A program made the translations under genes and the position numbers. A stretch of 64,000 nucleotides of DNA from Felis catus (Eukaryota), in contig NC_058383.1 of assembly GCF_018350175.1 (NCBI RefSeq), forward strand, positions 16,618,001-16,682,000, written 5' to 3'. The notes beneath the pieces were generated by a model, which saw only the letters and a list, made by a program, of their open reading frames with translations, made no database searches and was not told the origin of the DNA. Below are positions 48,581 to 61,654 of the stretch, piece by piece (within the stretch, counting starts at the first letter, position 1; every line of letters begins with the position of its first letter).

Positions 48581-51500
48581 CCACAACACATACACAATTA
48601 TATAGCCATCAAACACACCGAACCTTCACCACACAAGAGCTACACAGAAATCATACAAATACCACACATATATTATAGACATCCCACATATAGACCACAA
48701 ATACAGCACACATATATTCCATGTACACATACAACACACACACCACCAAACTGATCTTTCACATACTCACCAGATACAAACTACATACACACCACATACA
48801 ACATATATATCACCTGCATCACACTCACATCACACACAGACCCACACACACCAAACTTACATAAACAAGCATACATATGACACACACACAGTACAAATAT
48901 CACACATTTACTATACACACTCACAAACACAATTCAAACACTACTCACACACCACACATATCACACACACACAAATATACACCAACCACACATATATCAA
49001 CAAAAATACAACACAAACATTACACACACATATTGCACACACCACGCCTACAACACACACCTCATGCACACAACACACATCTAAAACAGACTGACACTAT
49101 AGATACACTATAGATATAGGGTACACATACACCAAATATACACCTCAGATGCACAATATGGAAATCACAATTTCATTGCACACACAGTACACTCTATATG
49201 CATCACAATTAGAAAACATATTCACAAACACACCATGTGCACAGAACAGATACATAACATATACACCACAAACACCACACAGAGTAGTGTCACCAAACAA
49301 CATGACACATTGACACACACACACACACACACACACCACATGCACCACACGTATATCACTTACATCACACACACCACACACCCCATTCAAATGTACCACA
49401 CCAATGAATACAACACAGATTAAATGCATATGCTCCCCACACACCACACATTTATCACAGACACACCACACATCCAACACATGTTTATCAAGTATACAAT
49501 ACATATACACATATAACATACACAATGCCCCAATCCTCAAAATACCAACACTCACCAGAAACATGCACACACACACACACACAGAACTCATATACTGCAC
49601 ATACACTGGGTGAATACACACACCACATATGTAATGCATACACACCAAACACTAACCACATATCATAAAACACATACATGATATAAACCACACACAGACC
49701 GCACATACTACATATACTCCCAGACATCCCACAAACACCACTCACACACTACACAAATATCACACATACATCACACATAGAATAATCACCAACCGCACTT
49801 TTTCCAAACACAGGCACAGAATACACACACCTCTACATCACCCACACCATACCTATACCACCACACCACACATTGACCTCACACATGCTACACAAAGAAC
49901 ACATATAAATTAGACTGACTTACAACACCATATACCACAGATACACACCCACACCCACACATATACCCTCCAAAACATGCCAAATAAATGCCACAAACAG
50001 CAATATGTACATCACGTTTTTACTGCACACACACCACCTGTCTGTCACATTCACCACATGTACAGCACACAGAATTCAAATACAACACAACAGACACAAC
50101 AGACACACACAACAGACATAAAACCTATATATCACACACAGCCTAACTTACACCACACAAATACCATTCCCATACACACATATACTGCACTCACACACAT
50201 ATACCAGACATTCACAACTCATACACTGTGCACACCACAGAAACACAACACATATACCTTATGTACACACCACACACAAAACACCCATGCTACCCATACA
50301 CCATGCACACACCACACATATGACACACCAACCAAGCATACACAGAAATGCTACATGTACAACACACACATAGCCTGCATACATTGCACAGATACCACAC
50401 AAAAACCTCCACATGTACAACACTCGCACCCCACACATATGCCATATCCCTCATACAGGACACATATGCTCTCATGCCACACAAATATATGACACCCACA
50501 CTACCCATATGCCACAAATATACCACAAGAACACCACACAAATATACATGACATACACAGAACAGACTCACAACACCTACACCACAGACACCACACACAC
50601 TGCCAATTCCACACACAAAGACACATAAACCAATCATTTTCATTGTATATACTACACACGCACCCAGATGCTGACCATCTACAACACACATACTTCACGT
50701 GACACACACCATACATATGGTAAACATATATACCACATACATGACACATATACCACAAAATAACCACACATGTCCCCCCACACACAGATCACACATACAA
50801 CCTCTACAGCAAAAGCACACCACATCACACAACTTATGTTTCCACATGTACATAAACACAGAAACACCACTCACAGAACACAGATACCACACACACAAAA
50901 ACAAAGCACCTAAGCCAACATCAAACGCACAACACACATACCAAACATTCATTATGCACACACACACACAGAATACATATGACACACACACCAAAAAACA
51001 CACATACAACACATACATACACCACATGTACACCATAGGTATACCTCCCACACACTCCATGTATACCACACCCATGCTAAATAGACACGACACAAAGCAT
51101 AGCCACCCCAGTTTTACACCACAACACCATACACTCATATGTACCATATATAGAAGACATATATTTCACTAACATACCTTACATACACAATTCCACAGCA
51201 TATACATCACAAAGACATTATAATATCACCACACCTTAAATATGTGTGTTTAAACACACATACCCTACATATGTCAATCACTGTACCACACATACACACA
51301 AATAACACCTATACACACTACACAGACCACACTTACTCTGTGTATACTGCACATGTAAACCACATTCACAACTCATATATACCACACACACACAGACAAT
51401 TCACATACACCACACTGTAACCAATACTAAGATCTATACACACACTGCACACACCACAGATGTTACACACACAAATACACACAAAGCACAAACCATACAC

Positions 51501-54500
51501 CTATACTGCAGACACACTGCACATATTCAACACACATACTCAAATGTACCACACAAATACCACTCACAGGGGCACATACTTCACACTCACACCTACCCAC
51601 CACACAACACCTTATTCAACACACACACACTCAAATACACCACACAAATATCACTCATAGGAACACATACTTCACACACACCACACCCCACCTTCACCAC
51701 AAATACATAACACATATACCTCATGCATGCTCAGCACACACTCACCACACACAACACATATTCCATACACACATACCAGACTCCACTTATTTTCCATATA
51801 TACAACACACACAGAAAACACATGCACCATACACACAAAACACACACCACTCTCACACAACAGATACACTATTCTTTCACATAAATACACACACACCACA
51901 TATACTCCACAGAACCACCACATAAACACCAACACAAACAGGTACATCAGTTTCACCACACACCCTACACATACTTCCCATGAACCACACCTACAACACT
52001 CATATTTCACAGACGCCACACACAAGACACTCAAATACCACCACACATATTCCCAATGTTACAACACACACATTCCACATATACCACAAACGCACACACA
52101 CCACACATACACCAAACATTATGACACATACAGCAATATATACATACAGCATGCATATACCATACACATTACACATTACACATATTACTGCACATATAAC
52201 ATGCCTGTACAAAAATACAACACACATGACACATATTCAACACATATGCCACACACGACATATATACCACACACACAAACAACATACGTGTCATACGATA
52301 ACCATCCACATGGCACACAATCACAAACTACACAAACACCACGTTCACACCACAGATACACCACACACACAAATATTACACATGATTAACACATACCAAA
52401 AAATCCTTACTGATACAAATAGACCTAGTCTATATCAATGCTGCACACATGCCACACACACTACTTACATACACCACAAAGAAAATCCTTTTACACCCAG
52501 GCCAAACACACACTACACATACACAAACACATACATTACACACACACCACAAATATACCACACACACAGCGTACACCTACCAACACACACCACACACGTA
52601 ATTACTTCTACCACAGACACACCACACATGCAAACATGCACACATACATCACAAAGAACAACCACACATACACCACACATGTGACACACAAACCAATTAT
52701 ATCACAAACAGTTCAAATACACCACACCATAATACACAAAAACACACAAAATACACATGTCATGCAAACACCACACATATTGCACATGCATCTCACATAC
52801 ACCACATCTAAGACATGCATATATTGCTCACATACATCACTCCCTCAACACGCAAAAACACATAACTACACACTCACCGCACACAAAACACACATAACAA
52901 ACAGACTGCCACACACGCATCACTCAGTCCCTTCAATCAAGGATTGCATATACCACACACAACACACATAAAACAAACACCAACCACACACCACACTCAC
53001 CACACACACACACCACATATAAACCAGATCACCTAACATAAAACACACAAGAGATATGCACCACACACACTAAACAAGCACCACAAACACACCACACAAA
53101 CAATACAGGTGTAGCACAGATTTACACCACATATGCACAATAAATATGTACACATATACACCATCCACGTGACAAAAATACATTAAGTTCACTTAATGTA
53201 TTTGCTGTAATGTCACCACACTCACCAATGCACACTACAACACACTGCTAAAAAAAAAATCACACTCAATACACACATAAAAAAGACATATATCTCACAG
53301 GCAAATTCCAGACACACACCACACAACTATCACATGTAGGCCCATGCATCAAAAATTCTCCAGATACTTGGGGCGCCTGGGTGGCTCAGTCAGTTAAGCG
53401 TCCGACTTCGGCTCAGGTTATGGTCTCACATGGGTTCGAGGCCCACATCAGCCTCTGTGCTGACAGCTCAGAGCCTGGAGCCTGCTTCAGATTCTGTGAA
53501 TCCCTCTCTCTCTGCCCCTCTCCTGCTTGTGCTCTCTCTGTCTCTCAAATAAATATTTTTAAAAATCTACAGACACAGTAAAAGTCCACAGATACACAAA
53601 AAACATACCACACATAGAAACACATACCACACATAGAACCACACACATAGAAAGTCGGCATACACATCACAAACACACACTATATATATATACACACACA
53701 CAACACGTACACCACATGTTAATGACACATATGACATGCACACCACACATCAGACACACGACATAAGCCCAAACACATGCACACATATACCACAAACACC
53801 AGCCATACATATATCCCACAGGACACACAAACCAAACAGGCTACCAACAGCAAACATAGGCCAGACACATAATTCATATAACCCATATGTCATATTGGTA
53901 ACACAAACTGAAACAACAGCACATATTAGCACATACAGATATGTCACACATGCACCATAGTTACACCACAAACATATCACATTTATACAAAACCACATGC
54001 TAAATAGACACCATACACAGCATATATCTCACCACACACACAACACACATACACATGCACATATTCACCATACTTAACTCACACATACAACACATACTCC
54101 TCACATAAACATAAACCACACATACACTGCACACACAAACCACACACAACAAAGACAACAGATACAGCACACATATTCTACACATCAAAACATATCACAC
54201 CTACCATACATACATTACCTATAACCAACACACACACTACAATTGATTCACCTATGCCGCACCTACTACACATATCAAACCCATATCACAGACACACATA
54301 CACATCACATGTACCACACATGAACACCACAAGTATGAAACACAATATGCCCACATATACTACAAACACAGAATCATGACACTACACCTCACACTCAACA
54401 GAGATAAACCATGCAGATACCATACACACAAACTCCACACATACTGCATACAAACCCCACATATACCACAACTCATACCACACATACTTCCACACATCAC

Positions 54501-55675
54501 AGACATAACACATCTATCCTACACACACAGACAACCCAATTTCCCTGCACATATTCTGCACAAACACACACCAAATACATACCATGCACACCACAAGACA
54601 CTTCGCAACCCACAACTATACCACTTCCATTCCATGCCACAAAGCATATACTGCATTCCACCACAAATATGTATTACACACATCACAAAACACACAAACA
54701 CCACACAAAGATTGCACATATACCACACACTGCACATGAACTATACATACAACACATACACACAACACCCACACCACTCATATCCTGCACATAAAAGACA
54801 CATATGGAGCATGTCATATCATTTATACTAAACAGACAAAATATATTTACAAGAAACACAACACACATAAATTCCATGCACATGATACATACACCACACC
54901 ACAACACACATGCCACAGACACATGCACACACACTATATGCACTACACAAATCATACATGTCACACAGAAACACACAAACACTATACCCACACCAGACAT
55001 ATACTGCACATACATTGCATATATACCACAAACATGTGGGCATGCATACACACACCACATACATGCCAAAAACACCTCACATATCACCCTTCCATCACAT
55101 ATACACTATACATATAGTACACACACAGTGATACACACAACACATACTGAACACACAAGCATAGCATACATATACCAGAAACACAATATATAGGACACAC
55201 ATACTCCACAAAATACCACACACTCAACAATCACACATATACACCAAAAATATAGAATGCAGAGCACATAGACAACACATGTACTACATAGATGCCAAAT
55301 ATTCACAAGATATATAACCCCCAAAAAATACACACACCAAATGCACACCAGCAAATCTGCAAGACAAATAACACCACACATATCCACATACAATACATAA
55401 CAGACAACACATCACAAAAACACCACACACAGCATGCATGCCAGAAAAATATCACATAAACACACACTACACATGGAGAACAAACACACAAAAGATATAC
55501 CATTATCACAACTCATATGCCATACATACAGCACACATGAACACAAATAAACCTTTTATATAACACTGACACACCACACATACTCCACGCACACAACTCA
55601 AACAACATAACCACACACACAACATATGTGTGTCACATATACATAAAAAACACACAAAAAAACATAAATCACAAC
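48581..55675. repeat. ~7-kb degenerate CA-rich low-complexity tract, strongly G-poor on + strand
   Basis: Imperfect cacacacc/acatatac text throughout; His/Thr and Cys/Val pseudo-ORFs. Confidence 0.92.
53370..53565 (+). mobile_element. Felid CanSINE inserted in CA tract
   Basis: ggggcgcctgggtggctcagtcagttaagcgtccgacttcggctcagg; TSD-like aaaattctccagatac / aaaatctacagacac. Confidence 0.93.
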
Positions 55676-55904
55676 CAATTTATCGCAGATGAAACCTGGC
55701 CCTTCTCTCCCTGAGCACATGGTGTTGCTTAGCTAGCTAGGGTATGCATAATCATGGATATCAAGTTGGCCTCCCTCCCTCACAAATGGAGATCCATTCA
55801 TTTTGAAGAACAGTAAGAAATCATGTGGGCTGTAACGTGTAGAGGGGGGTCATAAGTAACCTCTTCATTAATAGGGCTTTTCTGTGATGACCAGGCCCTG
55901 GAGC

Positions 55905-58900
55905 CAGTCACTTGGTGAAACACATTGTGAGTTGAAAGAAGGAATTGCAGCAATGTTGTTCCACACAATTCCGTGGAAGACAAATCCCATGCATGCCCCA
56001 AATAGGTTTTCAAACACTTCTAACTAAGGGACACGTGATGTTTGTTCCAAGAGGGGTATTATCCCCCCTAAACACACACAGAGTTCTTATCTGAAAATCA
56101 GCACAGGGAACTTTCCTTGTAGGCCCAGCACGAGTTTTCCAACACTGTAAATTAGTGAAACCAGATGTTAGTTGCAAGATGGTGTCACCACCTTGATTCT
56201 TCAGAGAGGTGCTTAAACGGTACTTCCCTCACAGCTCCCCACCCTGCAGGCCTTTGCAAAACTACTGACATGAGTGAAGCAAGATGCTAAGAGATGTGCA
56301 TAGTGTCATTTGACCGAGATCAGTATACGTCACTCTCTTTGTATTGCCCCACCTAGGTTTTCAAACCCTTCTGACTGTGTGAAAAGAGTTACCAGTGGAT
56401 AGGTGGAGTCACCATAGTGAGGTTTCTCAAGATGAGTATATGACACTCTATGCATATGGCCGGTACACCTACTCCCACACTTCTGACTGACTGGTACCAA
56501 CTGATGCCAGTTGAAGGTCGGTTTCCGCACAGCCTTACTTCTCGGAGATGAACAAGGGATGTATTACTGTGAGGCCCTGCAAGGATTTCAAACAGTTGTA
56601 ATGTAGGGAAATGAGAAGTTAGTTTAAATCTGGATTCCCCGCCTGTTTGCTTCACAGAGTTGAGAGTACGGGGCTTGGCTCTTAGGCCCCACAAAGCTTC
56701 TCAGCAAGCACTTCCTGCTTAGTAAAATGGGGTGTCAATTGAAACAGGCCCTCCCCACAGGTTTGCATACCGGAGATGAGTAGAGGGGACAGGTCTAGTC
56801 AGTCCAGCTGGCCTTTTCAACACACAATGCCCCTTAGACAAACGAGATGTTAGTTGAAAGAAGCTTTCCCCACAAGGTCTGCTTCCCAGAGGTGAAGTCG
56901 AAGGGACTTGCCTTGTAGGCACCGCAGTGCTCTTAAACAAGCAATTCCTCCTTAGAGAAACAACATGTTCCATGAAGGATGGTTTCCCCAGAGTGGAGTA
57001 TCTTTCCCAGAGTTCAGTAACTGGCACTTTCTTTGTGGGCACGGCATAGGTGTTCCAAGGCTTCCTCCTTCGTGAAGGTAGAGGGAAAAGTGGCGGTACC
57101 ACACTGAGGTTTCACAGAGTAGAGTCCATGGCACTTCCCTGCTAGTTGCCCACGTGGGTTTTCAAACCCTGCCAACATAGTGAAACCAGGGGTTAGCTGA
57201 CAGAAGAATTGTCCACACTGCTGTTTCACAGAGTTCAGTAGGTGTTACTTTCCAACTAGGCTCCGCATAGGTTTCCAATACGTCTAGATTTGGAAAAGAG
57301 AAGGGAGTTGCAGGACGGTTTCACCCCAGTGTTGTTTCACATGTGTGTGGCAAACTCCACATAGGGCGCAGGTAGTTTTTCAGACACTTGTCACTTGGTG
57401 AAACCCCATGTGAGTTGAAAGATGGTATCACTGCACCGATGTTCCATAAAGTTCCATGGATGCCAATTCCCATGCACGCCCCCCTAGGTATTCAAACCCT
57501 TGTAACCATGTGAAACGAGATGTTCGTTCAAAGAGGGGTCTTATCGCCCCCCCCCAAACACATTCACACAGTGTTCTTTCCTGAAAATCAGCATAGGGTA
57601 CGTTCCTTGTCGGCCAGCATAAGTTTTCCAACACTTGTAAATTAGCAAAACCAGATGTTAGTTGCAAGATGGTGTCACCACCTTGATTCTTCAGAGAGGT
57701 GCATAGACAGCTCTTCCCTCAAAGCTCTGCACCCCGTGGGCCTTTGCAAAAACTAATGATATGAGTGAAGCAAGATGAGGTCTCAGAGAAGGAGTCCCCA
57801 TAGTGTCTTTCGACCGAGTTCAGCATACGACACTGTCTTTGTATTGCTCCACCTAGGTTTTCAAACCCTTTTGACTGTGAAACGAGGTGTCAGTGGATAG
57901 GTGGAGTCACCATAGTGTGGTTTCTCAAGATGAGTGTATGACAGTCTATGCCTAGGGCAGGTACACCTACTCCCACACTTCTGACTTACTGGTATCAACT
58001 GAGGCCAGGTGAGGTCGGTTACCACACAGCCTTGCTTCTGGGAGATGCACATGGGGCACATCCCTGTGAGGCCCCGCAAGCATTTCCAACCCTTGTAACT
58101 TAGAGGAAGGATAAGTTGGTCAACATCTGGATTCCCCATCTGCTGGCTGCACAGAGTTGAGCGTACAGGGCTTGCCTTGTTGGCCTCACAGGGCTTCTCA
58201 GCAAACACTTCCCGCTTAGTGAAACGGGGTGTCAGTTGATTGAGGCCCTCCACACAGGTTTACTTCCTGGAGTCGAGTAGAGGGGATGGGCCATGTCGGC
58301 CCTGCAGTGCTCTTCAACAAGCACTTCCTCCTTAGTGGAACATGTTCGTTGAAAGCTGGTCTCCCCAATTGAAGTTTCTCTTGCAGACTTTAGGCACAGG
58401 CACTCTCCAGGCAGGCACGGCAGAAGTTTTCCAAGGCTTCCTCCTTCGTGAAGGCAGAGGGAAAGATGGTGGTACCACACTGAGGTTTCCCAGAGTGGAT
58501 TCCATGGCATTGCCCTGCTAGTTGCCCGCAGGGGTTTTCAAAGCCTGCCAACCTAGTAAAACCAGGGGTTAGCTGAAAGAGGGATTCCCCACCATGCTGT
58601 GTCACAGGGTTCATTCTGTGGCTCTTTCCAGCCTGGCTCCGCACAGGTTTTCAAACAAGTCTAGCTCTGGGAAATGAGAGGGTCGTCACAGCAAGGATTC
58701 ACCCCAGTGTTGTTTCACCACAGGAGTGTGTGGCACTCTCTGCATAGGCCATGGGTAGTTTTTCAGACACTTGTCACTTGGTGAAACCCCATGTGAGTTG
58801 AAAGATGGTATCGCTGCACTGTGGTTCCACACAGCTCCATGGTTGACACCTCGCATTCAGCCCCCACCTAGCTTTCAAACACTTGTAGCTGTGTGAAATG

Positions 58901-61650
58901 AGATGTTCCAAGAGGGGTCTTATCACCCCACTCTGCCACCTCCCCACAAACACTCACACAGTGTTCTTTCCTGAAAATCAGCATAAGGAACTTTCCTTGT
59001 CAGCCAGCATAAGTTTTCCAACACTTGTAAGTTAGCGAAACCAGATGTTAGTTTCAAGATGGTGTCAGCACCTTGATTCTTCAGAGAGGCACGTAGACGG
59101 CACTTCCCTCACAGCTCCACTCCCCGCGGGCCTTTGCAAACAGTACTGACATGAGTGAAGCAAGATGGGGTCTCAGAGAAGGATTCCCCAGGGTGTCTTT
59201 TGACCGAGTTCAGCATACAGCACTCTCTTTATATTGCTCCACCTAGGTTTTCAAACCCTGTTGACTGTGAAACAAAATTTCAGTGGATAGGTGGAGTCAC
59301 CATAGTGTGATTTCTCAAGATGAGTGTATGACAGTCTACGCATTGGGCCGGCACACCTACTCCCACACTTCTGACTTACTGGTACCAACTGACGCCAGTT
59401 GAAGGTCGGTTTGCACACAGCCTTGCTTCTGGGAGATGAACATGGGGCGCATTACTGTGAGGCCCTGCAAGGATTTCAAACCTGTGTAACTTAGGTGAAG
59501 GAGAAATTAGTTGAAATCTGGATTCCCCGCCTGTTTGCTTCACAGAGTTGAGCGTATGGGCTTGCCTCGTAGGCCCTGCAGGGCTTCTAAACAAACACTT
59601 CCTAAAGAAAAAAATAAAAAAAGTAAACATACACTTCCTGCTTAGTGAAAAGGGGGTGTCATTTGAAAGAGGCCCTCCCCACAGGTTTTCTTCACGGAAT
59701 TGAGTACAGGGGACGGGCTGTGTTGGCCCCGCTGGCCTTTTCAACACACACAGCGTCCTTAGTGAAAGATGTTAGTTGAAAGAGGCTTTCCCCTTAAGGT
59801 CCGCTTCCCAGAGGTGAGTTAGACGGGACTTGCCTTGTAGGCCCCGCTGTGCTCTTCAACAAGCACTTCCTCTTCAGTGAAACAACATGTTCGTTGAAGG
59901 ATGGTTTCCCCACAGTGTAGTTTCTTTCCCAGAGTTCAGTAACTAGCGCTTTCCTAGCGGGCATGGCATAGGCTTTCCAAGGCTTCCTCCTTCATGAAGG
60001 TAGAGGGAAATATGTTGGTACCATACTGAAGTTTCACAGAGTGGATTCCATGGCACTTCCCTGTTAGTTGCCCGGGTGGGTTTTTAATCTCTGCCAACCC
60101 AGTGAAACCACAGGTTAGCTGAAAGAGGGATTCTCCACCATGCTGCTTCACATAATTCAGTATGTGAATTCAGATTCAGTATGTGTCTCTTTCCATGTAG
60201 GCTCTGCATAAGTTTTCAAACACGTCTAGCTTTGGGAAACAAGAGGGTAGTCACAGGAAGGATTCGCCCCAGTGTTGTTTCACAACATAAGGGTGTGGCA
60301 CTCTCTGTATAGGCCACGGGTAATTTTCCTGACACTTGTCACTTGTTGAAACCCCATGTGAGTTGAAAGATGGCATCACCGCACCATTTTTCCACAGTTC
60401 CATGGATGCCACTTTCCATGCACGCTCTGCATAGGTTTTCAAACACTTCTAACTTCATGACATGAGTTTTTTGCTCCAGAAGGGGTCTTATCCCTCCATA
60501 CCAGCCCCCCACACACACATGCACACACTCATATAGTGTTCTTTCCTCAAAATCAGCATAGGGGACTTTCCTTTTTAGACCCAGCATGAGTTTTCCAACA
60601 CTTGTAAATTAGCGAATCAGATGTTAGTTGCAAGATGGTGTCACCACCTTGATTCTTCAGAGAGGAATAGAGAGAGCACTTTCTTCATGGCTCCCCACCC
60701 TGCAGGCCTTTGCAAACACTTCTTACATGAGTGAAGTAAGATGTTGTCTCAGAAAAGGATTCCCCATAGTTTCGTTTGACCGAGTTCAGTATATGGCACT
60801 TTTCCCTGTGTTGCCAACCTAGGTTTTCAAACCCTTCTGACGGTGTGAAACGAGTTGTCAGCAGAAAGGTGGTTTCACCACAGTGTCGTTTCTCAAGATG
60901 AGTGTATGCCACTCTTTCCCTTAGTCCCCACATAGCTATTCACACATTTCTGACTACGTGGTACTTACTGATGTTGGTCTGTTGAAGGACGGTTTCCGCA
61001 CAATGTTGCTTTTTGGAGATGAAGATGGGGCGCTTAACCGTGAGGCCCTGCAATGATTTCAAAGTAACTTAGGGGGATGAGATTTTAGTTGAAAACGGGA
61101 TTCCCCGCCTCTTTGCTTTACCTTGTTGAGCGTCAAGGGTTTGCATTGTAGGCTTCACAGGTCTTCTCAGTAAACACTTCTTCCTTAGGGAAATGGGGTG
61201 TCAGTTGAAAGAGGCTCTACCTATGGGTTTCCTTCCCAAAGTTGAGTCGAGGAGACTTGCCGTTTTGGCCCCACAGGGCTCTTCAATAAGACTTCCTCCT
61301 TAGTGAAAGAACATGTTCATTGAAGGATGGTTTCCCACAGTGTAGTTTCTTTCACAGAGTTCAGTAACTGGCACTGTCCAAGTGGGCTCGGCATAGGTTT
61401 TCCAATGCTTCCCCCTTCATGAAGTTATAGGGAAAGATGGTGGTACCACACTGAGGTTTCACAGAGTGGAGTCACTGGCACTTCCCTGCTAGTTGCCCAC
61501 ATTGCTTTTCAAACCCTGCCAACATAACGAAACCGCAGTTTAGCTGAAAGAGTGATTCCCCACCGTGCTGTTTCACAGAGTTCAGTATGTGGCAGTTTTC
61601 AGCTAGGCTCCGCATAGGTTTTCAAACACTTCTAGCTTTGGGAAACAAGA
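55905..61650 (+). repeat. Diverged relic array of the same satellite (~4 HOR units, mixed 13-mer/12-mer), same orientation as main array
   Basis: Shared landmarks in the same order: cctactcccacacttctgact (~56468, 57966, 59356), ggtggagtcaccatagtg, ccacactgaggtttcacagagt, cagacacttgtcacttggtgaaacccc. Confidence 0.93.
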
Positions 61651-61654
61651 TCGT

